Shown piece after piece: positions 27,674 to 41,585 of a DNA stretch of 64,000 nucleotides. Source of the stretch: Octopus vulgaris (lineage: Eukaryota); the NCBI GenBank assembly GCA_951406725.2, contig OX597814.1, positions 47,616,001 to 47,680,000 on the forward strand, read 5' to 3'. Every line of letters begins with the position of its first letter. The first letter of the stretch is position 1. Below the pieces are notes generated by a model. The model saw only the letters and a program-made list of their open reading frames with translations. It was not told the DNA's origin and made no database searches. Position numbers and translations under genes: made by a program.

Positions 27674-27892
27674 CAGTGATTTTCAAACTTTTTGCTGGAG
27701 CGGAACCCCAAGGAAACATTCCACTGGCTCGAGGAACCCCTGTGCAATAATTTAATAGTCTTATGCACACATATCTGCACAGGAGACTTAAAAATTACTG
27801 CCGATTTTAGCAGTTTTGTAACTTCTTGCGGAACCCCTGGACTGTACTGGCGGAACCCAAAGGTTCAGCGGAACCCTGGTTGAAAACCACTG
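27674..27892. mobile_element. hAT (Charlie-like) MITE
   Basis: TIRs cagtgattttcaa / ttgaaaaccactg, subterminal GGAACCC repeats, and 8-bp TSD ccctatat at 27666-27673 and 27893-27900. Confidence 0.9.
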
Positions 27893-28612
27893 CCCTATAT
27901 AATCGAATTGATTAAGCCACTGACATTTTCCTTCGCACAGAATGTATCACTCGTTATTGTGAGCACTACCTAACATTTTTCTATAAAGCTTTAAATTCAC
28001 GGTTTTTGTTTGGGATTTAACGTTTAACAACTTTGGGCATCGATCATACCGTTTACTTAATCTATTGATCTGATATGTCATTAGAGAATGTTAATATTGT
28101 ATGGAATTTTGAATATTGCTATATTACAGTTGGTCTGTGTAGAACAGCAGGAAAGCTGTCACTTTCAGTTATAAGGTTCTCATTCTGCAATAAGTTCACA
28201 GGTGATGAATTACCCTTATATATATACATCAATTTAATTACTTTTCATTTAATGAGATTTCTTTAAATATTCAACGCTTCATTTTTATTGCTAAAATCTC
28301 TCTTCACTCATTTGACGTTGAAAAATTGCTTCTTATTTGTGGTATATATTCTTTAAAGTATTTAACATTTAAATCGATATGATGTTTATGAAAGTAAGAA
28401 GAAATTATTTAAAACAGCCTGTAAATTACTACATAGGTATTAGGTAGTTAAAAGTATTTTCATTGAGAAATAAAAGGATGTAATAGAGTATATTTGAGAG
28501 TGAGGGAGGAGAGAGGAAAAGAAGAAAGAGAGAGATAGTAATAACCGAACACTACTTTTATTAAGAAAGTCAGATGCTTTATTATGTTACTCTTTCCATT
28601 AAGTGATTAAGA

Positions 28613-28846
28613 TCTATTATATAAAATAGAAAAGTGTGCGTATTCACTTTTAATGCGGAAAAGATTTCACCAATTACTCCCTTGAATAATTTGACCTCGG
28701 ACATATAATACGGTCTTCATTTGATTTTTTATTAAAATATTTTTAAAATAAAAAGAATGTTGTTTACCCAGCTCTTACATAATTTCCCTCAACATATGTA
28801 GTAGAATTTATCTCCTTTCATAAAAGTGGTAAAATTTGTATTTTTG

Positions 28847-28917
<71 letters not shown>

Positions 28918-29091
28918 GTTATATTACGAATTCAGAATTGATTTCTCAATGAAAGACTAAATTGTATCCCAGTTGAAGAATAAATTGAATTTACAACAAC
29001 AAATTTCTACACAACATTTTTCTTCTGCTTTTTTCTTCCAATATGTAAGGAAAAAATTCCATTCCCGGGCAACGCCGGATGCCTCTGCTAG
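28613..29091 (+). mobile_element. Non-autonomous Helitron-like element
   Basis: 5' A|TCTATTATATAAA; 3' hairpin cccgggcaacgccgg followed by CTAG|T; no TSD. Confidence 0.65.
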
Positions 29092-29572
29092 TATGTTATA
29101 AAAATTCACTTTAAAGATTATTCTTCAATCGAATGAGTCATCTTTTTGGTTTTCTAAATGTTATTATTGCAGATAGGTTATATTGCATTACCTATATATT
29201 TTCAAGTGTATGCTACGAATGGCATTTATTTATATATGCTATTGTATGTTCTTGAAATTCCTTTCCATTATTGAGGTAAAGAGTCTTAAAAGTATATAAT
29301 TTTATTTATAAGTGTTTTAAGTTGGATGTAGTAATTAGCATCACATTGTGTCGTTTAAGAGGCAGTTAACTGTTTGGAATAATGTACTATTAGAAGTGAG
29401 GAAAAATACTACTTGCAATAACACTATCTTAATAGTCTGCTATAACGAACGATATGTAATAAGGATGAATAAGTAATTGAGAACTTACATTTTAATAGAT
29501 GAGAAATGTCGACGAAGTTCATGTATACTTACAGTTATATGCTTTTATATACATATATATATATGTGTGTGT

Positions 29573-29638
<66 letters not shown>

Positions 29639-29929
29639 ACGCGCGTTTGTATATGCTTGTGTGTATGTACGAAAGAAGTAATGAAAACTACAATTGTTAG
29701 AGCAAGAATTTGCTAAAATTATGATAAATCTTTCTTAATACAAAGGTGATATTTTTTAGCATATTATACGAAACCATGTAAGTTTGTCGAATCTTAAAAT
29801 ACATATCAAATGAAATTCTGAATTCTTATCATTATTTTGCAGTCGAAAAAGATTGTCGCGTCGGTTTAGTGGTTACTTGATTATAAATTCAGATTTTCGA
29901 AGATTTTTTTTATATACATACAAACATAC

Positions 29930-30707
29930 ATACGTTCGGGAAGGTGAAAAAGTCTATTACGTTTCGCGTCTACGCTCTTCAACAAAAAAGAGCATGAAGA
30001 AATAAACAGAGAGAGAATTTTTAAAAAAACTTTTGGAATTAGTGATCAATCATAGCGACTAGCTGGACAAAGGTAGTAAGACAGGAGAGCTAGGAAGAAG
30101 GGGAGATCATAAAGTAGTGATCCCAAAATGAAGGTGCTCGTGCGTATGTGTAAGTGAGAGTGTGTGTGCGCGCGTGAATAGGGGCTGGTGACTTTAACGT
30201 GTAGATGTGTGCGTCTAAGTGTGTGTCTGTAATGTGTGTGATGTGGTGTGGTGGTGTGGGTGCTGGGAAGTGGTCAGTGCTAGTGTTTGTGGGGAGATGT
30301 GATGTGGTGTGGAAGTGTGGGTGTGGTGTGGCGGTGTTGGGTGTGGGGAAGTGAGGGTAGGGTGAAGATGTGGAGGTACGGTGGGTTAGGCGGGAGCGGG
30401 ATGTTTGGGGTGGGTGGTGGTGGTGGGGGTATCAAAGAAGGTGTGTAGGAGTGAAGAGAAGAAGTAGGTTTCAGGGCAATTGAGGAGAGGAGAGGTAGGT
30501 AGGAGTGAAGAGAGAAAGTAGAAGTCAGATGAAGAGAGGAGAGGAGGGGAGTCAAATGAAGAGGGGAGGTGAGTTGAGCCCATGTGGCGTAAAGGAGCAA
30601 AGAGAGATTAATTCCTGTTTACGGCGAAGGCGGGCGTCTGGATGGCCCCTGTGCAAAGGCAATCCGAACGCAGACATGTGTTGTAACGAATGACCGGTAG
30701 AGTGGTC

Positions 30708-30710
<3 letters not shown>
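29930..30710 (-). mobile_element. 5'-truncated Penelope-like element (GIY-YIG C-terminus, pyrimidine-rich tail, pLTR with decayed hammerhead at 29952-29990)
   Basis: STGHSLQHMSAFGLPLHRGHPDARLRRKQELISLCSFTPHGLN is homologous to 56340-56555. The pLTR reads TGTTGAAGAGCGTAGACGCGAAACGTA. Confidence 0.8.
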
Positions 30711-30751
<41 letters not shown>

Positions 30752-30756
<5 letters not shown>

Positions 30757-30912
30757 GCTGTATTGTAAGAAGCTTGTTTCCCAACCACATGGATCCGAGT
30801 CCAGTCCCCACTGTGTGGCACTTTGGACAAGTGTCTTCTACTATAGCCTCAGGCCCACCAAAGCCTTGTGAGTGAATTTGGTAGACGGAAACTGAAAGAA
30901 GCTTGTCGTGTA
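30752..30912 (+). mobile_element. SINE family B, 5' part
   Basis: agtggctgtattgtaagaagc..ccaaccacatgg..ggcactttggacaagtgtcttctactatagcc. Confidence 0.85.
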
Positions 30913-30972
30913 TGCCATGATAGATCGTTAGCCACTACACACATTTTTTCTCTCCTTGTTTTTTCTGTGTCC

Positions 30973-31008
30973 CTTTCTGTAGAAGAGCGTAGGCTCGAAA
31001 CGTAAAAG
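30973..31008 (+). ncRNA. Minimal hammerhead-like motif (CUGUAGA variant) in a Penelope pLTR
   Basis: CTTT-CTGTAGA-A-GAGC-gtag-GCTC-GAAA-CGTA-AAAG; stem III is the palindrome ACGT. Confidence 0.65.
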
Positions 31009-31037
31009 ACTTTTTCTATTCCTGAGCGTTATACTTT

Positions 31038-31095
<58 letters not shown>

Positions 31096-31906
31096 TCAGA
31101 GAAAATTTAGCTGTTTCTCTGTAGATTGAAAAACAATAACATGCTTATTCTGGTTTTCGCGTCGTTTAAGTGGCGGTAAGTACAATATCCTCTCACCCTC
31201 AAATCGGATGCCATTGCATTGCAGGGTTAAACCTTCCCCAGCTCTCGTTGGTTCCTATATTTAGCTGAATCGACTGAAATAACGTGAATCAAAACGGTCA
31301 GCTCAAAAATATAACGAGTCAGCCCAATCACGAATCGAACCTACGACCTAAGGATGGTGAACATAACACCTAAACCAGTACGAGTCGCGTCTTCATTGCA
31401 TTTCTTTGATAGTCTGTATATTTGTACTGTGTTGTTGGTGATAAATGTTTCCAACATTAGCATAAGATACGTTCGGGCGTTTTCGTTCTACATATATCAG
31501 GGTTCTTGATGAAATTTATCCTACTATTTAACTGAGTGCATCATTAATAGTTCTTTATGATTGTGCGTAATCTGTTGATTTCTGTTTTATGGATTTTTAA
31601 ATAATTAATATATTCATCAGTTTTATATAGTTCTGTAAATTTGGATAATATAATTTATGTGTTTGTTTTGATTTTAGTGTTATTACTGTATTAAATTTGT
31701 TTCTGCTTTGTTGTGAACTTGGCCCAATTGTTTGAATATCCGTTATAAGCAAGTATTTGTTCTATCATATTGAATACTTTCTGTAGTGCTGCTTTGTGTC
31801 TAAAGTCCCTTCTGTGTAGCTTTTTATAATTGAATATATATATGCATTTTTCTATAGCCTTGCACGTATTCCTGTTTCTTAGTAATTTTCGTCTAACTGA
31901 TTTGTA

Positions 31907-32612
31907 CGTGGCCGGTAATAAAGTCACGCGAAAAAAAGTCAAAGAAAAAAGTCACAATTTTGGCTAGGAAAAAAGTCACTGGAAAATGTTACAGAAAAAG
32001 TCACAATTTTGGCAAGGAAAGAAAGTTAGGTAATGAAACAAAAATATTCAAGTCAGTCACAATTTATTAAAGTATCATAAACAATTAAAGTAATAAAACA
32101 GAAAATATATTAAATCAGTTATTAACTGACAATACATGATTTGTACATAGTGAAAACACTATATATGATAGCATTACATGTAATTTCCATGGCAGGATAC
32201 TGACACTATAGAGAGGAACAAGGTTATATACTGTATGTAGAGTGGTCATCTCAACGTGACCTCATACCAAACACCTACTCAAAAAAATTTACAGGATTAG
32301 ACAATCTGTGGTCACAGTGACCTCAGCTGATTTACTTTAATCCTTCCAGGTTGATGTTGCCCAATTATACAAAGAACTAATGTTTTTGCTCTATTTTACA
32401 ATTTTCAACAAAACTCATAAATTTACCGTCAGTTATGCATGTTCCCTTACAGAAACTGATTGAGATATTAGATATTCTCACCTATTTAAAAAGGTGAGAA
32501 TTCGACAGTTAACATTGTTCCTTACGTTCTCCTGTTTTTTTTCTGTTTCTTATTTTCCGTGACATTTTTTTCTGTGACTAATTTACTTGTGATTTTTTTT
32601 TTACCTAGATTC
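31907..32612. mobile_element. Non-autonomous DNA element with inverted AAAAAGTCAC subterminal arrays (MULE-like)
   Basis: Repeated aaaaagtcac at left and gtgac..ttttt at right. Flanked by gatttgta at 31899-31906 and 32613-32620 (probable 8-9 bp TSD). Confidence 0.6.
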
Positions 32613-33071
32613 GATTTGTAATAGGGACATGAAGCGATATATGTAAAACGAAGGACTTGGAAAATAACTTTATTCTCTTTTTTAGCACTTTACACAAGCC
32701 AGGTAAATACAAAGATGATTCAGTTAATCCTATTTTTAGATATAAATGTAAAAATAAAAAAATATGTTCTCATGGGAAGACTTATATGACACAAGTTGAA
32801 AACCGATGCGTTTCCTTGCATTTGACGGAGCAAACGAAAGAGCGAATCAAATGTTGACTGAAATTATTTAATATGCTTAATTATTAATTATTTTTGATGT
32901 GAAAAGATTTTATATATCAATGAAAATATTGATTACACGCTCAATACTATTTTTATTGGAGTAATTTATAGTATTTTTTGATAATATATATACGTACTTA
33001 CACACATATATATACACATGTATGCATATATGTTTGTGTGCCTGCACACTTATACACAAAACTGTGTGCGA

Positions 33072-33120
<49 letters not shown>

Positions 33121-33479
33121 TGTGTGTAAAGTATTATATGCAAAACAAGTATTTATGTATAAAGTTAATTTTATGTATATGTATTATAAAACATATACCT
33201 TTATGTGTGTACGTGCGTATGTATGTGTACATACACATATATGCGCGCACACACACGTACACAAAGAAACAATGAAGTCTTCATACAGTGCAAAAAGTAC
33301 AAACATTTATTGCTATTTTTTGTTTCTGTGAACAATACAAACATACATGGCACAAAAGTTTGTCTTTGTTCTGTTTCTGTGAACTATACCAAAGTAACCG
33401 CATGAAATTGTGAAATACACAATGGAAATATGTATTGAATAACATGAAAACAAAATAACTTTGTTGAAGTAATCACAAT

Positions 33480-33860
33480 TTATTTCATAGAAAGACGATG
33501 TTTATATGATTTTCCTTTGTCTGGATGATCAGGATAAACCTATTAAAGCTTCCAGAAGTAGTCTGCCTTCATGCGTCTGGCCATTGTCCCTTGATGCTTT
33601 TCCTTCATCATCTTAGTATCTGCATTGAATTTCTCCTCATGTTCTTCACTAAAATCACCAAGATGTTCTGGAAATCTGCCTAATGGCTGAGAAGAAAGCG
33701 TGCCTTTACATATATAGTAGCACCTAATAAATGTCTTTTGTACACACTCTTCATTGATTTTCAATTTATGGTTGTTCCAAAAAGTTCTTTATAACTTAAC
33801 TGCACCAGGTCCAAGCTTCAGTGTTATTCATTAATTTTGTAGAATTTGAATCTATGATGA
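33480..33860 (-). pseudogene. Decayed transposase C-terminus, Chapaev3/CMC-like
   Basis: LGRFPEHLGDFSEEHEEKFNADTKMMKEKHQG...MKADYFWKL matches the 'FPENLGxxSxExGERFHQDIxxMExRYQGxW...MxADYCW' motif. The family label is from recall. Confidence 0.65.
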
Positions 33861-34516
33861 GTTTCTGAAAGATTAGACTATCCATTTTATCCACCCCCTT
33901 TTAAAGCGATAGGATGTTATTTGAGGGTGATACGACTGATATTTCTACCGGGTCATTTGAGCACATAAAAGCTTCGCCCCGAGCTGTCAATGATGGACCT
34001 TTACTGCTTGCACTGAGATATTTATTAGATATATAAAACTTTATCATGAAGAAAAATATATATATTGGCAAGGAATGCTGTGGTATATTTCCTTCCTTTA
34101 CTTACATCAGCTTCATAAGACGGTTCCTTCAGTACAGTATAATAATTATGATATTCAAAGTCATTTAATTTCTTACATATTTTTAACTATCAGCTTATAT
34201 TGTATTTCTCAGAAGATATCGACGTATTGCCTACTAAAATAGTAGTGAAAAACTAAGAAGAAAAACAAAGCTGCGTTTATCTTCCAGCACATATGCAACG
34301 ATTTCGTCTCATATAATAACGAAGTAATCTATTACTAATAGCTGTTATAATTTGATCATTATACAAAATCGTTTGCAAGATGGCTTAGTTAGTTGGTCGA
34401 TATTATAATCATTACAGTAACTGAGTAGAGATATGCTTTGAGATATATATTGTGTGTAAATAATATTTATATATTTTTGTATGCTTCGTTCAAATATACA
34501 CACTTATGTTCATATA

Positions 34517-34572
<56 letters not shown>

Positions 34573-34642
34573 CATCCATCCATACATACATACATACATA
34601 CATACATACGTACATACGTACATACATAAATACATACATACA

Positions 34643-34674
<32 letters not shown>

Positions 34675-34738
34675 ACCAATATGTGTGTGTGGTTGTGTTT
34701 TGTGTGTGATGGGCATGTGTGTGTATGTGTGTGTGCGC

Positions 34739-34769
<31 letters not shown>

Positions 34770-35829
34770 TGTGTGTGTGTACACGTGTATTTGTGTGTGA
34801 GTCTGTATGTTTATACACATGTAATCAAGCTACAGAAAAGGATCATTGCGTTTATAAATACATTTTCTTTGTTCATTTGAGCAAGCGTAATTTTCTGTGG
34901 TTAAATGGTCTGGAAGATTCCTTTGAAGACAATTGTTCGAAAAGCATAAAAAAAGAATCTTTCCTTATTTATTTTACCTTCGTATATTGATAATAGTTGT
35001 TTGAGGTCAACCGTATTTTATACTGCTTCTTTGTAGTGGATATGTACTGTCCACTACAGCTCCTAACGAATACTCTCCGTCTCGATTTTTTCTACTACGT
35101 ACACACACACACACACACACGCTCACTTACACGCTTGCTCACACACACACTCCTCTGTGTGTGTGTACACATATACTCATATATAAGTATACACACACAC
35201 AGATATATATATATATATATATATGTATAAATGCACGTAGAGAAATATACATACACATACACCTAGATATATTTAATGATTGCATGCATATACACTTATG
35301 TACATTATACATATGCACATACATGTACGTATGTGTGTGTGTGCACGCTGATATACATACATGCATACGTGTATATGAATGTGTATACGTGTATATGAAT
35401 GTGCATATACATAAATGAATATCTACGTATCCACTCACACATTTTCTATCACTTTTTTGTCTCCACACTCTGCTAACCCCTACATTTTTTCTGTGTCTCA
35501 CTCTTAATCTTCAATATGTTGTCATGAAAAGGAGCGAGCAGTTAAAATATACATTACTTTACACTATTCCATGTATCTTCATTCTACGTTCAATTCTGAC
35601 AATGCTAAAATATTTTATTTATTCTTATTGATAAAACAAAACATTTGGTATTCACTAGGTGCAATACACTTTACTCTTTTCTCCTTTAAAAAAAATTAGA
35701 ATTGTGTTTCGTCAATATCTATAATCTGCTTTTCAGAGTGTTTTATCATAAGCAAAGTGCGTAATTCATTACGAATGAAGATTTGTATTATAATTGTAAT
35801 TCTGTAGCTTGTTATACTTGGAGTAGTGT

Positions 35830-36133
35830 TTTGTTGTTTGTTCCTTCTCGAGCCACGCCTGGCTCCTAAGGGCCGGTTTCCCGGTTTCCTTGGCATATAG
35901 GTTCCCCACCTGGAGAGGGAAGCCGGTCCGTCGAAGCAGAGCTGCAAGATGCAGGAGGAAAGAGTGAGAGAAAGTTGTGGAGAAAGAGTTAGAAGTTCAC
36001 CATTATCTTTTGCCAGAGCCGCATAGAGCTTAGGTGTTTCGCTCATAAACACACACATCGCCCGGTCTGAGATTCGAACCCGCGATCCCTCGACCGCGAG
36101 TCCGCTACTCTAATCACTAGGTTATGTGCCTCC
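35830..36133 (-). mobile_element. tRNA-derived SINE, family C, with 14-bp TSD
   Basis: Head ggaggcacataacctagtgattagagtagcggactcgcggtcgagggatcgcgggttcgaatc and a (CAA)-type tail. TSD acttggagtagtgt at 35816-35829 and 36134-36147. Confidence 0.9.
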
Positions 36134-36299
36134 ACTTGGAGTAGTGTAGAGGTAGCAAAAGTTATTCATAATATATTGCATGATAATCTTTAAATGCAGT
36201 CAAGGATATTGCATTATATGTCGTGTTAAATGATTTCAACCGTAGATGTGGCTTGGCCGCTGGGGGTCATGCACTGTCAGTCTTCTTTTCAGAGCAGAA

Positions 36300-36710
36300 A
36301 TGTGACTCCTCACGATGACCCTGGCAAAGAAGATCGACAACCCCGATAGACTCGACAGCAGGTGGTTGGGGATCAACAAGAACATCAGATGGTATCATCA
36401 TGTTTCCATGATGATACCATCATGGTGCAGTCATTTCCTCCTCCTCCCGCTAGATCATCCTACCAGGACCTTACTCTCGTTCGACGCAGCAGGACCAGGC
36501 TGGAAGAGGCTCCGTGGCAGGCCCTGCAGCAGATGGCTGAACGTGATGAAGGAAGATCTCTAGAAGCTTGACGTCGTCTTAGTGGATGTAGAGGGATTGA
36601 TCACTGGACCGCCAGCAAATGGAGGACTAGTAGACCTGGTCGGTTCTATGCACGATGATGCCGCTGGGACCGCTAACCTGGGATGACTCCATCCCAATCG
36701 AGCAAGAGTA
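36300..36710 (+). mobile_element. RTE-like LINE 3' fragment
   Basis: IRWYHHVS...GWKRLRGRPCSRWLNVMKEDL resembles the RTE 'W.RPRGRP..RW.D....DL' motif. Confidence 0.65.
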
Positions 36711-36715
36711 TAGAG

Positions 36716-36770
<55 letters not shown>

Positions 36771-36773
36771 TAG

Positions 36774-36850
<77 letters not shown>

Positions 36851-37302
36851 AGTTGAGCTTCGGCAGTCGATGCCTATAATAAAAATATTATCAGTGTCTA
36901 CTTTTGGAGAGAAAAGACTAGATGAAGTGCTTATTGTAAGATTTTGAAAGTAAGACGCAGATAAGGGTGGCGATACTCAACTTCAGAGTTCAGAGGAGAA
37001 GGAACTGTCCCAATAAGATCGGAAGTATTATAGTTGAAATGTATGAATGAATGAAAGCTTGCCGATGTGGTATTGGTTGTTCTACCCCAGATATACCAGA
37101 AATACTCTACACGTGTCTTAGAAAGGCCATTTAGAGATATCAATCAAATCTCCCCTGAAATAACATTCTACAAAATACAACCAGTCGGCACATGCGAGTG
37201 AGTATGGTTTGGAATACGTATCATACTTTCGAGATTAGTTTTAGACGCTCTCTTGGCTGCCTCACCCTCAATCCAGCGAAAGATCTAGAATGTGACATAT
37301 GA

Positions 37303-37416
<114 letters not shown>

Positions 37417-37943
37417 CTGTACCAGCGTCCAGCTGGCATTCATTACAGCTGAAGAGAGTAGAGCGACGTGGAACGAAGTGGCTTGCTGAAAGGGACAAAG
37501 TACTGCTCTATCCTGAATTTGAACTCATGCCCTTAGGTTTCTTAAGCCGAACGTTCGAACCCCTACGCTATACGCTTTCATAGATTACACCGTCACATCT
37601 TAATAAAAAAAATGGATTCATTGAGAATCGTGATACAGAGAGCTGTAGGCATAATAAAAAGACGGGGTGGTCATGGCTAGAACATTTTTGATTTGAAGGT
37701 TGAGCTGGGGTTAAACAAATACATATTTTTCTTCGACAAGTGGCCAAAGACTTTTGAATATATTCAGCATGTTGGTGGTAGATACTTTATCGGATCTTAA
37801 ATGATGAAAGGAAACCCAATCCCAGTCGATGTTGGAACAAAACTTTTATTTAAAAGAAACTGAATAGTTGTTTTTAAAACCAATATAACTGAAAATTTCG
37901 AAACTTAATACGCACGTCTAGATTTTGTTTTATTTTTGTTTCA

Positions 37944-37993
<50 letters not shown>

Positions 37994-38761
37994 GCTCGCA
38001 CGCACATACATACGCACACAAGCAGACACACAAAGTCGTCTTAATAAGTTACATACTTGATTAAGATAGGTCTGTAAGTCATAGAGGATTTAGTTACCCT
38101 ATAATAAACGTTTCTGCTCGCTGTGTTTGTTATTTGATATACGTGGTACGCAATCAAATGTATTTATTTCTATTTCCCTGTTCAAATGTGTGTGATAAGG
38201 AAAAAAGGCCTCACAAGCAGATTTTCCTGTATAGGGAATAATCTAAAGTATTCTCTATTTGATTAGTTGCTTTACTAACCACATACACATTCGGCGCTAA
38301 CCATAAGTGCTCAAATTATTGTAATATTTGTTCTTGTTGTTGTTTAGCCCCAGGTCAGCTTTGATGGTGCAGTCCTATGATCAAAGTCGTTCTAGTTGGG
38401 ACTGTTTCAATTATTTTTCTTTTTTAAGACGTAGTATATCTAGGACTATATTGACCAATGTGCTCTTTCTTATTTTTTAAGCTACAAGTTTTGTCAGTTA
38501 TTTCTAGCGTGTAAAGCGATACCCAATTTTCTTCCTCACATATATTCTTTATCCGGTCGGTATAGAAGTTGTTTACAACCATTAGAATAAGAGGGAAAGA
38601 GCGAAGGGTGGCTTTGCAGCAGGATGGGAGAGACAGCAGAAAGAGTCTCTTGTTGGTTATGGAGCAAGATAGAGGGTTAAGCTGAAAGCCAGGAGATGAT
38701 GAACAGTGATTTGGTCACCTCTGCTCTATGTGTGTGCTTCGACACACACACACACACACGT

Positions 38762-39242
38762 TGTCTTCTTCCTCTTCTTTTTCTTCTTCTTCCGATCAGG
38801 ACTCACGACATTAGCCACAAAGAATAATCTCTAATTCGAGCCTACAATAAGCTACTAAGAATGCGTGTGGCAACTTGAAGATCCACCCACCACACGCGAT
38901 AGAATGGCGGTTGCACGGGGTTCAAAAGTTACGTTGTTATCCTCATTCCGTAAACGGTGGCTTTCAACGGGTGGAGAGCTGAACCATCCTGGGGTACAGA
39001 GGATTCGCAATGTAGTCTAGGGTCTGAAAGTTTACCACACCATAGTGGGTTACACCATGGTTCCTCTGCTTTGTGGCAAAAGTAGGAAGAAAGAGTGAGA
39101 GAAAGTTGTGGTGAAAGAGTACAGCGGCGTTCACCCCCCCCCCGCCGGAGCCTCGTGGAGCTTATGTGTTTTTGCTCAATAAACACTCACAATGCCCGGT
39201 CTGGGAATCGAAATCGCGCTCTTACGACTGCGAGTCCGCTTC
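38762..39242 (-). mobile_element. SINE related to family C (5'-clipped head, (GAA)n tail)
   Basis: Shares agcggactcgc.gtcg and ccacaactttctctcactctttc with 35830-36133. Confidence 0.7.
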
Positions 39243-41253
39243 CTCCGTTGTTGTTATTGCTGTTGTTGTTAAGTCCCAAGTTTGTCCTGAACTTAGGTCC
39301 AAAGGCGTTGCAACTATGACCAACTTGTCTTTTCCATACCTATGACCACATTCCCACATGTCATCGTTATTTTTTATGACTGTAATATGTTTTGTGGGAT
39401 GTTTAATTATTATTGATTGTAAGCCAGGAGATTGCGTTGAGGCTCTTTCGCTGGTTTATAACATTTGTTACTGATGCTGTTGTTATTGTTGCTCCAAATG
39501 TTGACTAAGGGTTTAGTGTATACTCGAGGAGAGTGTGTTAGGGTATTGGGACAAGAAGAAGAATAGGCCAGCTACGTAGGTATGTTTAGAACGGGTACAC
39601 AATTTGCAGGGGAGTAGAGGCTGTTGCATTAACGGTAAAAGAGGAGCAGCGGCTGTTGTAATAGCGGTAAAGAAGAAAAGAAAAGAAATAGCACATTCAT
39701 GAATTTGAACGTCAAACTGCACGGATGTTTTTCTCCTGAATGCAGCCGAAGATATTTGCGCATAACAGCAGCAATCGCACACAATTTGTTGCCCAATGTA
39801 TATCAGAGGAAGAATGAAAAAAATACCATCAAGCCATCTTCACGTGTGTGTGTGTGTTTCTACTCTATACCGTTTTCTTCTTTCATCCTTCTCTAATTCC
39901 CTTTTTCTCCCCCCCCCATTCACAGTTTTCTATCTGTATCTCTCCCTCTCTTTCTTTTTTTCTCTCTCTCGTTGTTCACACGTGACCATCATCCGTCTTT
40001 CTTTTCATTACATGACCATATTTCTTTTCTTGCACGGACGTTTAAAAGGACCGACGTGTTTTTTCTTTCTGTCTTCTATATTTTCTCTTTTCAAACAAAA
40101 TGTTTCTCCCAGCGTTCACTATTTTCCTCTCATTCTGGTCTAGTTTAGAATTTATGGGAGCAACTGTATTTGAAGACTCATATTATCGTTGAATGCTCGA
40201 AATGAGGAGTAGATAGACAGGCAACAACTGTCTCTATGTTTACATATCCTGTTTTCCATTTCTTCTCGTTGTTTACGTATTTCACTCGTTTGCTTACGTA
40301 TTTCATGTTATTTGCACCGTTGGTGACGTCCTGTACAAAATTGTATTCGCAGGGTTTATCTCACACTATTATTTAATAACCCGTTCCCAACCTTAAAAAA
40401 ATAGGAAAGTGCGTCAACTGAAGGAAATTCGATTGCAATTTATAGTTGGTCGAGCGACCCCTAGCGGCTCCATAGTTTTCACCTGTGTGATTTGAAGGAG
40501 ATTTGGGAGCTATTTCAAGCAGATCGTGTGGCCACAGTAGCTTTTGTGATACATAGAGCAGTTGTTTGCAGAACCGGCAGTGCGACGAGCAAAATGATTA
40601 TCGATATTTAGTTACCTTCGTTTCCATGTTTTAATTCAAACCCTGCCGTGATCGACTTTTTTTTTTATCCCTCTATAGTCGAATAGCGGGAAATTAAAAT
40701 TATAGGATAAGAATCAGAGAGAAAAATAGCAACAATAATGTCGGAACAAAACTATCTCATAAAAAGTGTCACAGACAAAACTTGGCCGTTTAATGTTGTT
40801 TAATCACAGCTCAGCCTTGATCGGACTTACATATAACCAAAGGATTTCCTACAGTGACGGTTTATCTAGCACTACATTATTCAATAACCTGTTCCCCACC
40901 TTAAAATAAAAATGGGGAAGTCGCAGAAAAACCGTCTATAAATTATTAACATGAAAGTGTTTTCGTTTTCTAATATCTTTAATCGAAGGTGAGCCATTCT
41001 GATACGCATAAATGCTATTTTGCAAATTGATGATCTTTTGTTGAGCTGTCGGCCATAAAAAAAGCAAAAAAACTTATAATCGACAATAATCACGGGAGAA
41101 TACTAAATCAGCATTTCAAATATATTTTAAAATCTTTCGGTGACTTTAATGCAATTTGTAATTTCTATAATGATACAAAATTATTGTTATTAAGAAGTGT
41201 ATATAGCAATTATTTAAATCGTGATTAAAATACATTTGATATCGAATATTATT

Positions 41254-41585
41254 TAAGGCGGCGAGCCGGTAGAAACGTTCGCATGCCAGGCGAAATACGT
41301 AGCCTTATTTCGTCTGCGGTTACGTTCTGAGTTCAAATTCCGCCGAGGTCGACTTTGCCTTTCATCCTTTTGGGGTCGATTAAATAAGTACCAGTTACGT
41401 ACTTGGGTCGATATAATCGACTTAATCCGTTTGTCTGTCCTTACTGTGTTTAGCCCCTTGTGGGTAGTAAAGAAATAGGTATTTCGTCTGTCTTTATGTT
41501 CTGAGTTCAAATTCCGCCGAGGTCGACTTTCGGGGTCGTAATGGAGTCGATCTAATCGACTGGCCTCTCCCACAAAAAGTAGAAA
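41254..41585 (+). mobile_element. Composite SINE family A
   Basis: A full unit followed directly by a second body starting at ggtatttcgtc (41478). Confidence 0.85.

Noticed and set aside
28128-28215. Small exon candidate on either strand
   Set aside because: Splice-like signals exist on both strands and the peptides are short and unrecognisable; cannot be distinguished from chance.
40155-40240. Possible further rearranged hammerhead (gctcGAAAtg..ggcaacaactg)
   Set aside because: The CUGANGA box and stems are too decayed to support from this copy alone.
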